Below, one piece after another: positions 17,434 through 27,633 of a stretch of 64,000 bases of DNA. The notes under the pieces are model-generated. The model saw nothing but the letters and a program-made list of their open reading frames with translations, was not told the DNA's origin and did no database searches. The translations under genes were made by a program, and so were the position numbers. Source of the DNA: Chitinophagales bacterium (GTDB taxonomy: Bacteria; Bacteroidota; Bacteroidia; Chitinophagales; CAIOSU01); the NCBI GenBank assembly GCA_041748615.1, contig JBGTCY010000015.1, forward strand, positions 9,040 to 73,039, given 5' to 3'. Positions within the stretch are counted from its first letter, which is position 1; every line of letters starts with the position of its first letter.

Positions 17434-18444
17434 ATGAAATTTTATCAACTCTTCTTATCGCTCCTGTTTTCCGTTTTCGCTTTTCATCAATCAAAAAGTC
17501 AGGACATTCATTTCTCCCAATTTTACGCGTCACCCTTAACGCTCAATCCTGCATTTACCGGCTTTCATGATGGCGCTTACCGCATCACCGGCATTTACCG
17601 CAATCAATGGCGCAGCGTCACCACTCCCTACCAAACTTACGGAGCATCCTATGACATGCGTCTGCTCGAAAATAAAATCAAAGATGTGTTTGGCGTGGGC
17701 GGTTCCATCGTGTATGACAAAGCCGGTGACGGCAATCTCAGCCTGCTTGGCATCATGGCAAACATGTCCTATCACAAATCGCTGGGGAAAAATAAAAAAC
17801 ATTTTTTGGGATTGGGAATCCAGGGAGGCTTTGTGCAGCGCTCATTGGAGTTTAACAGCCTCTCCTTTCCCTCACAATATACTGACGGCAACTTTGACCT
17901 GACATTATCCAACCAGGAAAATTTTACCGGTTCGAATATCAATTATATTGACCTTGCCGCAGGGTTGCTCTGGAGTTCTAAAATCGGAAGCAGGTTAGGC
18001 GTATTTGCGGGAGGAACACTGTTTCATCTTACACAACCAAAAGAATCATTTCTGGGCAGAGACCATCGCGTGCACATGCGACAGGTTGGTCACGCGGGAC
18101 TCAATGTGAAGGTGACGGAAAAAATCTACATCACTCCCAATCTGCTTTTCATGCACCAGAATAAAGCGCGACAAATCAATTTCGGTACAGCGGGCGAATA
18201 TCATTTTAAAGATGCGAATAACACAATTGTGAGTTTGGGCGGATGGTACAGGGTGGATGATGCAGCCATCGTGTCTGCAAGCGTAGAACATCGCGGCATC
18301 CGGCTGGGGCTGGCTTATGATGTCAATACTTCACCTTTGCAGGCAGCGAGCAATCATCGTGGAGCATTTGAAATATCGCTGATGTATATTGGAAAAATCA
18401 CAAAGATTGACGCTCCGATTTTAGTGCCTTGTCCGAGGTTGTGA
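17434..18444 (+). CDS. PorP/SprF family type IX secretion system membrane protein (second copy)
   Basis: MKFYQLFLSLLFSVFAFHQSKSQDIHFSQFYASPLTLNPAFTG...YRNQW, ending ...NHRGAFEISLMY...CPRL. The ATG at 17434 is preferred over the ORF-track start at 17395. Confidence 0.88.
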   Translation: MKFYQLFLSLLFSVFAFHQSKSQDIHFSQFYASPLTLNPAFTGFHDGAYRITGIYRNQWRSVTTPYQTYGASYDMRLLENKIKDVFGVGGSIVYDKAGDGNLSLLGIMANMSYHKSLGKNKKHFLGLGIQGGFVQRSLEFNSLSFPSQYTDGNFDLTLSNQENFTGSNINYIDLAAGLLWSSKIGSRLGVFAGGTLFHLTQPKESFLGRDHRVHMRQVGHAGLNVKVTEKIYITPNLLFMHQNKARQINFGTAGEYHFKDANNTIVSLGGWYRVDDAAIVSASVEHRGIRLGLAYDVNTSPLQAASNHRGAFEISLMYIGKITKIDAPILVPCPRL

Positions 18445-18534
18445 GTTGAATGTTTGAGCAATAACTATTGAAGAATAGCAGGTTTTAATATTTTCATCAA
18501 AGAAGACGAGTTTTTAATTATAAAATATTTTATT

Positions 18535-20664
18535 GTGTATCGTTTCATTTTAATTTTCACTTTTTCATTCCTCATTTTTTTTGCTTTCGCACAAACCGAA
18601 ATGGATACCATTCAGCCGGAAAAGCCTAAGAAAGAAAAGCCGAAAAAATTCAAAGCGAAAAAACATCTGAAAGCGGCAAACAAAATGATGACGCAGGGAA
18701 ATATCTATGCCGCCAGTGATTTGCTGGAAGAAATCATGACGCAAACGCCCGAAAATGTGGCGACTGCTTTTATGCTTGCCGAATCATACAGGATAGCCCG
18801 CGATTATAAAAAAGCGGAAACATGGTACAGCAATGTTTATGAAATGAACCCGGTTGATTTTGCCCAAGCGGCTTATTGGAAAGCGCTGATGATGAAAATG
18901 AACGGTAAGTATAATGAGGCGAAAAAAATTTTTGATGATTTCAGAAAAAGCTATCGGGGCGCTGACCAGCATTTAAAAAGCTGGGCGCAAGTGGAGGCAA
19001 AAGGCTGTGACCTCGCGCTTCAGTTAATTGAAAATCCTTTGCAGCTCAATGTACACCACTTGAATAAAAACATCAATTCAGCATACACCGATATTTCACC
19101 GATTTTATGGGATGATACAACTTTACTTTTTGCGTCTTTGCCGACAGACACCGTCATCGTTATTGACGGAAAGGATGTTGCCAATGATTACTTCATTAAA
19201 TTTTATACGGCAACCATCAGGGGAAAACATCAATACAGCGAAGCGGAAGTATTTAGAAAATTCAATGCTCCCGGATTTCATGTCGCCAATGGCGCCTTTT
19301 CGCCTGACCGCGACAGGTTTTACTTTACCCGCTGCGGTGAATTCAAAAAAGGCGGCAAAATTTTGTGCTCCATTTTCGTGAGCGAATGGAAAGAAGGCGC
19401 CTGGAGCGAGCCTGAAAATCTCGGAACGAAAATTAATTTTCCGGAACATACCACCACGCATCCGTTTGTCGCACCGCTGAAAAAAGGAACGGAAATACTC
19501 TATTTCGCGTCAGACCGCCCCGGTGGAAAAGGCGGATTGGACCTGTGGTATTCGCAAATCAACCTTGCTAAAAAAGATTATAGTGAGCCTAAAAATCTGG
19601 GCGCGAAAATTAATACTGACCGTGATGAAGCCACTCCGTTTGTTGACCCGGTATCGGGAACACTTTATTTCAGTTCCAACGGGCATGTGAACATGGGAGG
19701 ATATGATATTTTCCAATCTTCGGGCAGCGCTGCAAAATGGACGGAACCGAACAATATCGGATATCCCATCAACTCGAGTACCGATGATATGTATTTTCGC
19801 ATCAACGATGATGGCAGGATGGGTTATTTCGTTTCAAACAGACCCGGCATCATTTCGATTCGTGGAGAGACTTGTTGTGATGATATTTTTGCTTTTGAAT
19901 ATCTGAAAGTGATTTATGTGGCTGTCACAGGAATAGTCTATGATGAAGACGATGAAAGTAAAAAACCCTTAGACAAAGCGCGGGTGACGCTATCATTGGA
20001 AAGCGGGGAAGGTATTCTGCAAAATATCCAGGTTGGTGAGGATTCGCTCTTCGGGAAAAAGGAATATTTTTTTCCGCTCAACATGGACAAGTCATACCGC
20101 GTAGCCGGCTCGCTGGAGGGTTATCTCACGCATTCGGAAACATTCAATACAAACAACCTCACAAAATCAGATACATTGACAGTGGACATTCCGTTGAGGC
20201 GATTCGTGTTGGATAAAGAATACCGCCTGCGCAATATTTATTATGATTTCGATAAATGGGACTTGCGACCGGAAGCGAAATTGCAGTTGGATACGCTGTA
20301 CAACCTGATGCTTGAAAATCCAACAATTATCGTTGAAATCGGCTCGCATACGGACTCGCGCGGAAGCGACCAGTACAACCTCAATCTTTCTCAAAAGCGG
20401 GCGGAAAGTTGTGTGAATTACCTCATTACAAAAGGAATTCAAAAAGAACGCCTCAAGGCAAAAGGCTATGGCGAAACCCGGCATCTTGAAGATTGCCGCC
20501 AGTATTCCGATTGCCCGGAGGACAACGTGAGCGATTGCTCCTGCCACCAAAACAACCGCAGAACAGAATTCAAAGTTGTGGGTGAGTTAGACGCCCAACT
20601 AATTTATGAAGACCAGCGGTTTGGCGAAGAATCGGAGATTGAGAAGAAGCCGAAGAAGAAGTAA
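18535..20664 (+). CDS. OmpA-family protein with PorE(PG1058)-like architecture: TPR, TolB/PD40-like beta-propeller repeats, CarboxypepD_reg-like domain, OmpA_C peptidoglycan-binding domain
   Basis: N-terminal signal with no lipobox Cys. TPR-like helices at residues 45-160. Repeated motifs in the ...D..P.....D....YF.S.R..G.GG.D.. pattern. OmpA_C core NIYYDFDKWDLRPEA...IGSHTDSRGSDQYNLNLSQKRAESCVNYL...GYGE. GTG start. Confidence 0.8.
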   Translation: MYRFILIFTFSFLIFFAFAQTEMDTIQPEKPKKEKPKKFKAKKHLKAANKMMTQGNIYAASDLLEEIMTQTPENVATAFMLAESYRIARDYKKAETWYSNVYEMNPVDFAQAAYWKALMMKMNGKYNEAKKIFDDFRKSYRGADQHLKSWAQVEAKGCDLALQLIENPLQLNVHHLNKNINSAYTDISPILWDDTTLLFASLPTDTVIVIDGKDVANDYFIKFYTATIRGKHQYSEAEVFRKFNAPGFHVANGAFSPDRDRFYFTRCGEFKKGGKILCSIFVSEWKEGAWSEPENLGTKINFPEHTTTHPFVAPLKKGTEILYFASDRPGGKGGLDLWYSQINLAKKDYSEPKNLGAKINTDRDEATPFVDPVSGTLYFSSNGHVNMGGYDIFQSSGSAAKWTEPNNIGYPINSSTDDMYFRINDDGRMGYFVSNRPGIISIRGETCCDDIFAFEYLKVIYVAVTGIVYDEDDESKKPLDKARVTLSLESGEGILQNIQVGEDSLFGKKEYFFPLNMDKSYRVAGSLEGYLTHSETFNTNNLTKSDTLTVDIPLRRFVLDKEYRLRNIYYDFDKWDLRPEAKLQLDTLYNLMLENPTIIVEIGSHTDSRGSDQYNLNLSQKRAESCVNYLITKGIQKERLKAKGYGETRHLEDCRQYSDCPEDNVSDCSCHQNNRRTEFKVVGELDAQLIYEDQRFGEESEIEKKPKKK

Positions 20665-20707
20665 CTAAGCGCTTATTTTTTTACCCCCGAAAAAGCCGGA
20701 CGGACAG

Positions 20708-20884
20708 GAAATTACAAATTACAATAAGCAAATCACAATAAATTATAATAAAAAAAACTTCAAACCATCTTAACATTGTGCGGATTGATTTTTGTTTTGA
20801 TATTTTAGAATTGAATATTATTTGTTTTTTGAGAATAGTTTTTTGTTGCTTAAAAACGACAACTTTTTAGTAAGTTTTATTTTG
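20708..20884 (+). repeat. ~177-nt AT-rich intergenic element, copy A
   Basis: Aligns along its full length (roughly three quarters identical by eye) to the reverse complement of 60788-60964. Shared blocks include GAAATT.AAATTACAA, CTTCAAACCA, ATTGATTT, TTTTAGAATT.AATATTATTTGTTTTTT, GCTTAAAAA.ACAA and TAAGTTT. Confidence 0.8.
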
Positions 20885-20952
20885 TAAGTGATTATAGAAC
20901 TTATTTCAGTTCTGTTTTGCAGAAAGAATAAAGTCGAACGTCAAGAGGGCAA

Positions 20953-22071
20953 TTACGCGTTCACCATCACCGGCATCACCAGCATGAGAATATCTTCATT
21001 GGCTTCTTTTTCCGAAGGTATCAGAATACCCGCTCGGGAGGGACCCGAAAGTTCGAAAATCACTTCTTCGGTTTGAAGTACGTTCAGCATTTCCACAAGG
21101 AACTTTGCATTAAAACCGATTTCCATATCTTCTCCTTCGTAAGTACAGGTGAGTCGCTCGCTGGCTTCGTTGGAAAAGTCTAAATCCTGCGCGGAGAGCG
21201 TCAACTCGCTGCCGGTGATTTTCAGCATCACCTGATTGGTTGTTTTGTTTGAAAAAATCGCGATTCTGCGCATGGAGTTCAGCAAGTCATTGCGGCTTAC
21301 GCTCAATTTGCTTGAACTGTTAATTGGAATCACGGCATTATAATCAGGGTAGCGCGCGTCAATCAGCCGGCAAATCAGGCTGATGGAATCGAATTTAAAA
21401 AAGGCGTTTGAATTATTAAATGATATGTTCACATCCACAGTTTCAGCCGGTAATGAAGTTTTTAAAAGATTCAACGCTTTTTTGGGAATGATGATAGTAG
21501 CCGCCTTTGAGCTGCTGACATCCAATCGCTTGTAGCGAACTAATTTGTGAGCGTCCGTCCCGACAAACACAGCGCCTTCGCTGTCAAACTGAAACAGGAC
21601 ACCGGTCATGGCAGGACGCAAATCATCGTTGCTCACAGCAAACAGCGTTTTGGCAATCGCGTTGTTCAGCACGGAGGAAGGCATACTCACCTCGGTGACT
21701 TTATCAGGAGTGGGGATTTTCGGAAAGTCATCCCCGTTTTCGCCCGCTAATTTGAACTTACCGTTATCAGAGGTGATTTCAACGGCAAAAGTTTTTTCAT
21801 CAATATCAAAAGTCAGCGGTTGTTCCGCGAATGTTTTCAGCGTGTCCAATAAAATCTTTCCTGGAATCGCGACCTTTCCGTTGGTTTTTGCATCCACATC
21901 CAATACCGTGGACATGGAGGTTTCCAGGTCGGTAGAAAACAAAGTGAGTTTTCCGTTTTTTATTTCAAACAAAAAATCTTCAAGAATAGGAAGCACTGAG
22001 CTCGTTCCAATCACACCGCTGATGAGTTGTAATTGTTTGAGTAATGTTGAGGTTGATACAACAAATTTCAT
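20953..22071 (-). CDS. dnaN: DNA polymerase III beta sliding clamp
   Basis: 372 aa. N-terminus MKFVVSTSTLLKQLQLISGVI....LPIL, with the three-domain clamp pattern throughout. Confidence 0.95.
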   Translation of the reverse strand: MKFVVSTSTLLKQLQLISGVIGTSSVLPILEDFLFEIKNGKLTLFSTDLETSMSTVLDVDAKTNGKVAIPGKILLDTLKTFAEQPLTFDIDEKTFAVEITSDNGKFKLAGENGDDFPKIPTPDKVTEVSMPSSVLNNAIAKTLFAVSNDDLRPAMTGVLFQFDSEGAVFVGTDAHKLVRYKRLDVSSSKAATIIIPKKALNLLKTSLPAETVDVNISFNNSNAFFKFDSISLICRLIDARYPDYNAVIPINSSSKLSVSRNDLLNSMRRIAIFSNKTTNQVMLKITGSELTLSAQDLDFSNEASERLTCTYEGEDMEIGFNAKFLVEMLNVLQTEEVIFELSGPSRAGILIPSEKEANEDILMLVMPVMVNA

Positions 22072-22224
22072 TTTTTTTTATAGTTTACAACAAAGATAAA
22101 GATTTGGGCGGTTTCAGTTGAATAACCTCTGTTTCAAAATTTGCACATAGTCTTGATAAACACTCAGATTTGGTTGATGCCCGTTGAAATACGCATTTTT
22201 AAAAAAGATTTTTAGTAAAAAATG

Positions 22225-22258
22225 AAAACGCCCCGGTATATATTATCCGGGGCGTTTT
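22225..22258 (-). terminator. Rho-independent (symmetric) terminator downstream of the beta-barrel OMP gene
   Basis: AAAACGCCCCGG (22225-22236) pairs with CCGGGGCGTTTT (22247-22258). A/T runs on both sides. Confidence 0.8.
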
Positions 22259-22384
22259 CAAAAAATATTTAAACCTGAAGAGTAGGTGCATTTTCAGAAT
22301 AAATTCCTACAGGTGTCTAACATCTAAAGTCTAAAATCTGATAGCGGATAACACAACTTGGGCATGTTATTTTGACAACATTAC

Positions 22385-23092
22385 TTAGTTATTATTTCCG
22401 CCAAAAATATAGGAAACACCAACCGTAGTGCCCCTCATTTTCCAGATTTCATTGGTGTTGCCGCCTAATTTGAAATAACTGTTTGTCTCTTTAGTATCAT
22501 TCGGATATTTATCAGTATAGTGATTATAGTTTAATCCAAATCCGCCTAATCCTAATTGAAAGACTAAGCAATCTGTAGGTCTGTAAAAAATTCCCGGGAA
22601 AGCGCTCACTGAAAAAGAATTGTATTTAAAGGGGTCGCTTTTAATAATTTCGTCTGTAATGGGATTATAAGATTCCTCAGTACTTCTTCCGCTCCAAAAA
22701 CCAACTTGCACCCCTCCATAAAAACCCGCTATTTTCTTCTCTCCAACGCCAAGAAAGTAATTCGCGCCTGCAAATATTCCCGGTCCGCTGCTACGGTCTT
22801 TTATGCCAACCTGTTCTCCGTCTAAATCAAATTGATAGGTCGTGGTGGCGTTGTAACTATAACCAACACCACCGCCCACATTCAACCTTTCATTTAAAAA
22901 ATAATAAAAGTTGGGGACAATCTTAAATTCAAAATCTTTCGGACCTTTTAACTCATCTGGTCCGTTTACCTGCTTAGAGCCATCAGCCCCGATACATAAT
23001 GTTCCGCCTAATAACATTTCCCCTTTTTCAAATTGTGAAAAGCATGTCAAAACAACGATGTTTGCCATACAAATAAGAAGTAGTTTTTTCAT
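22385..23092 (-). CDS. Outer-membrane beta-barrel protein (porin-family fold), function unknown
   Basis: Signal peptide MKKLLLICMANIVVLTCFSQ, followed by alternating G/Y/F-rich beta-strand pattern. Confidence 0.6.
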   Translation of the reverse strand: MKKLLLICMANIVVLTCFSQFEKGEMLLGGTLCIGADGSKQVNGPDELKGPKDFEFKIVPNFYYFLNERLNVGGGVGYSYNATTTYQFDLDGEQVGIKDRSSGPGIFAGANYFLGVGEKKIAGFYGGVQVGFWSGRSTEESYNPITDEIIKSDPFKYNSFSVSAFPGIFYRPTDCLVFQLGLGGFGLNYNHYTDKYPNDTKETNSYFKLGGNTNEIWKMRGTTVGVSYIFGGNNN

Positions 23093-23192
23093 GGTGATTA
23101 TTTTTTTGTGAAAAAATTTTTGTAAAAATAATCACGCGATTATTTTTCAAATTGACTATTATCAAATATGTTATATTTTCAAATTTCAATCA

Positions 23193-23570
23193 ATGGAAAT
23201 TAAATATCTCTCTACAAAAGATGCTCCTCAACCAAATGGACATTACTCCCAGGCAACCGTTTTCGCTGATTTAATTTTTATATCCGGACAATTACCGTTT
23301 AAGCCGGATGGCACAAAGGTGAATGGCTCAATCGAAGAGCAGGCGGAACAAACCCTGCTGAATATTCAGGCAATCTTAAAAGCAGCGGGAAGCGATTGGA
23401 GCAAAGTCCTGAAAATGACAATTTATGTTTCCGACATCAAATTATGGGGACAGATAAATGACGTGTATGCGCGCATCCTCGGTGACGCGAAACCGGCAAG
23501 AGCCGTGATTCCGGTAAACGAATTGAACTATGGTTTTAAAATCGAGATTGACGCGGTGGCGGTGAAGTAA
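23193..23570 (+). CDS. ridA: RidA/YjgF family reactive-intermediate deaminase
   Basis: 125 aa with P.P.GHYSQA.....IFISGQLP and ...AR..I.V..L......EID motifs. Confidence 0.88.
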   Translation: MEIKYLSTKDAPQPNGHYSQATVFADLIFISGQLPFKPDGTKVNGSIEEQAEQTLLNIQAILKAAGSDWSKVLKMTIYVSDIKLWGQINDVYARILGDAKPARAVIPVNELNYGFKIEIDAVAVK

Positions 23571-23726
23571 GCATTTTAATTGCAGACTTGTCTTTCCCTT
23601 TTAAATAGATGCTTTGCTGTTAATTTCTTTTTCATACCTAAAAAAATTAGAACATAAAAGTTATTCTAAGAAAGCACAAAGAATTTATATTCTGTCAGTC
23701 TTTATCTTTAACAAAAACTTTCAGGA

Positions 23727-25835
23727 TTGCCTTACCTTCCAGACCGTCCCATTGAATATGTGAAAGGCGTGGGTCCCCTCAAGGGCGACCTGCTGAAAAA
23801 GGAATTGCAGATTTTCAACGCCAATGACCTGCTTAATCATTTTCCTTTTCGCTACATTGACCGCACTAAGATTTTACCCATCAAATCCGTCAGCGAAGAA
23901 ATGCCGCATGTGCAAATCAAAGGCAAGCTGACTTACATTGAAGAAGCCGGTGTGAAATTCAACAAGCGCTTAGTCGCCTATCTGCGGGATGAAACCGGTC
24001 AAATTGAATTAGTATGGTTTCAGGGAGTGAAATGGATTAAAGGCAGATTGACAGCAGGTGTGGAATATTTAGTGTTTGGAAAACCTTCCATTTTCAATGG
24101 CAAGTTAAATATCGTGCATCCGGATATAGAAGCGATAACGCCACAAACTTTTGAAAAATCAACGGGATTGCAACCCGTGTATCCCAGCACTGAAAAGCTG
24201 AAAATGAAAGGACTGGACAGTCGCGGCATCCTGAAAATCATCAGTTCGCTGCTGGAGGAATTAACGATACCGGATGTTCCCGAAAATCTGCCGGCTTCCG
24301 TTCTGGAAAAATACAGATTCATCTCGCGCTATGATGCAGTCAGGTATATCCACCGTCCCGAAGATGACAACTTGCGCGAAAAAGCGACCGTGCGGCTGAA
24401 GTTCGAAGAACTTTTTCTAACGCAGGTGCGGATTTTACAACTGAAAGTAGGCAGGCAGGAAACCGCACGGGGATTTGTGTTTAAAAACATCGCAGATATT
24501 TTTAATCAATTTTATCACGAGCATCTCAAATTTGAATTGACTAACGCGCAGAAAAAAGTGCTGAAAGAAATCCGGCAGGATGTGCTCTCCGGAAAACAGA
24601 TGAACCGCCTCTTGCAAGGTGATGTAGGCAGCGGCAAAACGATAGTCGCGTTGATGACTATGCTCATGGGAATTGATAATGGTTTTCAGACCTGCATCAT
24701 GGCGCCTACGGAAATTCTCGCGCAGCAACATGCCCGCAATATCGCAGCGATGCTGAATAAATTGGATGTGAACACAGCGTTGCTAACCGGTTCTGTGAAA
24801 GGCAAAATGCGCAAGCAGATTTTAAAAGAACTGTCGGAAGGAAATATTCAAATCCTCATCGGCACCCACGCGCTGATTGAGGGTGATGTGCAGTTTCACA
24901 ACCTGGGGTTGGTCGTGATTGACGAGCAGCACCGCTTTGGCGTGGCGCAACGTGCCGCCCTGTGGGAGAAAAACGAGCACCCACCTCACGTGCTTGTGAT
25001 GACAGCGACACCGATTCCGCGAACACTCGCTATGACGGTGTATGGCGACCTCGATGTATCAATCATCAACGAACTGCCGCCCGGCAGAAAACCTATTCTC
25101 ACCAAACATGCTTTCGAGAGCAAGCGGCTCGCGGTGTTTGGTTTTTTAAAAAAAGAAATCGCGCGCGGCAGACAGGTATATATCGTGTATCCGCTCATTG
25201 AAGAGTCGGAGAAAATGGATTTAAAAAATCTGATGGATGGCTACGAGGTGATAACGCGCGAATTTCCTTTGCCGCAATATAATGTGAGTGTGTTGCATGG
25301 CAAGATGAAGCCCGAAGATAAGGAGTTTGAAATGCAGCGCTTCATTCGTGGCGAAACACACATTATGGTTTCCACAACCGTGATTGAAGTGGGTGTGGAT
25401 GTGCCGAACGCTTCGGTGATGGTGATTGAAAACGCGGAGCGCTTCGGTTTGTCGCAGTTGCATCAGTTGCGCGGGCGCGTGGGCAGGGGCGCTGACCAGT
25501 CTTACTGCATTCTCATGAGCGGACACAAGCTTTCGCGCGAAGGCAGGCAACGTCTTGATACGATGGTGAAAACCAATGACGGATTTGAAATTGCCGAAGT
25601 GGATTTGAAAATGCGTGGACCGGGCGACCTTGAAGGAACCCGGCAAAGCGGCATTCTGAATTTGAAATTAGCCGACATTGTACGCGACAATGCCGTCCTG
25701 AAAGAAGCGCGACATGTGGCGCAGGAATTACTCAACAACGACCCGCACCTTGAACAGCCGGACAATGCACCGCTAAAACGATTTTTATTGGCTGAAAAAA
25801 ATGTTGGGGAAAAGCAGTGGAGCAGGATTTCGTAA
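23727..25835 (+). CDS. recG: ATP-dependent DNA helicase RecG
   Basis: 702 aa with a wedge domain and SF2 helicase motifs (GDVGSGKT, DEQHRFGV, MTATPIPRT, QLHQLRGRVGRG). TTG start. Confidence 0.95.
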   Translation: MPYLPDRPIEYVKGVGPLKGDLLKKELQIFNANDLLNHFPFRYIDRTKILPIKSVSEEMPHVQIKGKLTYIEEAGVKFNKRLVAYLRDETGQIELVWFQGVKWIKGRLTAGVEYLVFGKPSIFNGKLNIVHPDIEAITPQTFEKSTGLQPVYPSTEKLKMKGLDSRGILKIISSLLEELTIPDVPENLPASVLEKYRFISRYDAVRYIHRPEDDNLREKATVRLKFEELFLTQVRILQLKVGRQETARGFVFKNIADIFNQFYHEHLKFELTNAQKKVLKEIRQDVLSGKQMNRLLQGDVGSGKTIVALMTMLMGIDNGFQTCIMAPTEILAQQHARNIAAMLNKLDVNTALLTGSVKGKMRKQILKELSEGNIQILIGTHALIEGDVQFHNLGLVVIDEQHRFGVAQRAALWEKNEHPPHVLVMTATPIPRTLAMTVYGDLDVSIINELPPGRKPILTKHAFESKRLAVFGFLKKEIARGRQVYIVYPLIEESEKMDLKNLMDGYEVITREFPLPQYNVSVLHGKMKPEDKEFEMQRFIRGETHIMVSTTVIEVGVDVPNASVMVIENAERFGLSQLHQLRGRVGRGADQSYCILMSGHKLSREGRQRLDTMVKTNDGFEIAEVDLKMRGPGDLEGTRQSGILNLKLADIVRDNAVLKEARHVAQELLNNDPHLEQPDNAPLKRFLLAEKNVGEKQWSRIS

Positions 25836-25855
25836 TCTTAAATAATTAAAATTCA

Positions 25856-26443
25856 ATGTTTATGAATGCAGCTACTTGTTTTTACTTTTCATTATTTCTG
25901 TTTTCGATGATTCACCTTTCGTTTGAATCATTAGCGCAACTGAAACCCGATAAAGTCGTTCGTTTTGAAGAACTTGCTGACGGGCTTTACGGTATCACTG
26001 AAAAAGGCGAGCGTATCAAAATTTTTGACAAAGGCAAAGACAAGGTGAAAGAAATTCTTGCCGATGTCAATGAGTTTTCCACCGACCTCAAAAAAACCAC
26101 CCGCTATTTTGTGATTGGCTCCGGGGTAATGGTGGCAGGCGCGGTGATGACTACTTCAGGAATGCTCATCAGCGATAAATTGAAAGTTGACACTACAGGA
26201 TACTATACGGTTAATACTCTTGAAATTCCGATTACAACGACTGAAAGCGTTACAGCCACATCAAAAAAAGTGTTGGTGAGCATGGGTGTTATCACCGGGC
26301 TTGCCGGTTTGGGATTGAATGCTTATGGATTTCACCGGTTAGTCAATCACATGAAAAAAGTGACAGGTATCAAAGTCGGTAAAGCTTCCATATTAGATTG
26401 GGAATTGGGAGCGGGATATGCTGCTGTAAGGTTGCAGTTTTGA
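25856..26443 (+). CDS. Hypothetical secreted/membrane protein
   Basis: N-terminal hydrophobic signal-like segment plus two internal hydrophobic stretches. No family recognised. Confidence 0.5.
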   Translation: MFMNAATCFYFSLFLFSMIHLSFESLAQLKPDKVVRFEELADGLYGITEKGERIKIFDKGKDKVKEILADVNEFSTDLKKTTRYFVIGSGVMVAGAVMTTSGMLISDKLKVDTTGYYTVNTLEIPITTTESVTATSKKVLVSMGVITGLAGLGLNAYGFHRLVNHMKKVTGIKVGKASILDWELGAGYAAVRLQF

Positions 26444-26505
26444 AATTAAAATAAATGCGCAAAAAAAATTAATCAACCCGGCAGCTACTTTATAAATTTA
26501 TTTTC

Positions 26506-27633
26506 TTGAACATCGCCATCAACACCCGCTTTTTATTAAAGGACAAATTAGAAGGCATCGGCTGGTTTACTTATGAAACTCTGAAACGCATCACGCGCAG
26601 CCACCCGGAGCATCAATTCTTTTTTTTCTTCGACCGGAAATTTCCGGATGAATTTATTTTTTCAAATAACATCACGCCAATGATTCTGCAACCGCAATCA
26701 CGCCATCCGTTGCTGTGGTATTGGTGGTTTGAACAGGCGGTTCCGCAGGCGTTGAAAAAAACGAATGCAAAATTTTTTCTTTCTCCTGACGGGTTTTTAT
26801 CACTCAATACAAATGTGAAAACATTATTAGTGATTCATGATATTGCCTTTGAACATTATCCCGGACACAACAGTTGGGCGCATCAAAAATATCTGCAGCA
26901 TTACTCTCCGTTATATGCGAAACGCGCTGAGCGCATCGCCACCGTTTCGGAATTTTCAAAACAGGACATCATTAAAACTTATCAAATTGACGCGGCTAAA
27001 ATAGACGTGGTGCACAATGGCGCGCGAGATGTTTACAAGCCTCATTCAGAAGAAGCGATAGCGGCTGCCAGAAAAAAATTCAATGTCGGTGAAAAGTATT
27101 TCATCTATTCCGGAGCAGTTCAACCCCGGAAAAATATCGCGAACCTGTTTCGCGCGTTTGAAATTTTTAAAAAGAAAAACAAAAGCAATGTTCAATTATT
27201 GATTGCAGGCAGAAAAGCGTGGAAGTTTGAAGAAGCGCTGCATGTTTACAATTCGATGGAATCTAAAAATGATGTGGTTTTTACGGGGCATTTGTCCTCG
27301 GAAGATTTGGCTTGCCTGCTCAGTGGCGCGCTTGCCTTGACGTATGTTTCTTTGTTTGAAGGATTTGGCATTCCGATTATTGAAGCGTTTAATTGTGAAA
27401 CGCCTGTGATTACTTCCAACACGAGTTCGATGCCCGAAGTGGCGGGTGATGCAGCTTTGCTCATCAATCCCGACTCAGTGAGTGAAATTGCGGTAGCTCT
27501 TGATAAGCTGGCTTTCAATGAGCAACTCCGAAATGATTTGAGCGTAAAAGGAAACCGGCAAAAGCAGCTTTTTAGTTGGGATAAAACAGCAGAACGACTT
27601 TGGCAATCCCTTGAAAAAATAATATCGGAATGA
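26506..27633 (+). CDS. Glycosyltransferase family 4 (GT-B, group 1)
   Basis: C-terminal half carries the typical GT4 motifs (...LIAGR....., SLFEGFGIPIIEA..C..PVITSN.SSMPEV.GDAA). TTG start. Confidence 0.82.
   Translation: MNIAINTRFLLKDKLEGIGWFTYETLKRITRSHPEHQFFFFFDRKFPDEFIFSNNITPMILQPQSRHPLLWYWWFEQAVPQALKKTNAKFFLSPDGFLSLNTNVKTLLVIHDIAFEHYPGHNSWAHQKYLQHYSPLYAKRAERIATVSEFSKQDIIKTYQIDAAKIDVVHNGARDVYKPHSEEAIAAARKKFNVGEKYFIYSGAVQPRKNIANLFRAFEIFKKKNKSNVQLLIAGRKAWKFEEALHVYNSMESKNDVVFTGHLSSEDLACLLSGALALTYVSLFEGFGIPIIEAFNCETPVITSNTSSMPEVAGDAALLINPDSVSEIAVALDKLAFNEQLRNDLSVKGNRQKQLFSWDKTAERLWQSLEKIISE

Noticed and set aside
26620-26627. T8 and T9 homopolymers inside the GT4 gene (26620-26627) and the downstream membrane-protein gene (27899-27907), considered as phase-variation switches.
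   Set aside because: They encode Phe runs (FFFFF, FFF) in an AT-rich background where such tracts arise readily. There is no supporting evidence such as repeats in a promoter or a surface-antigen context. They are kept only as a low-priority note.
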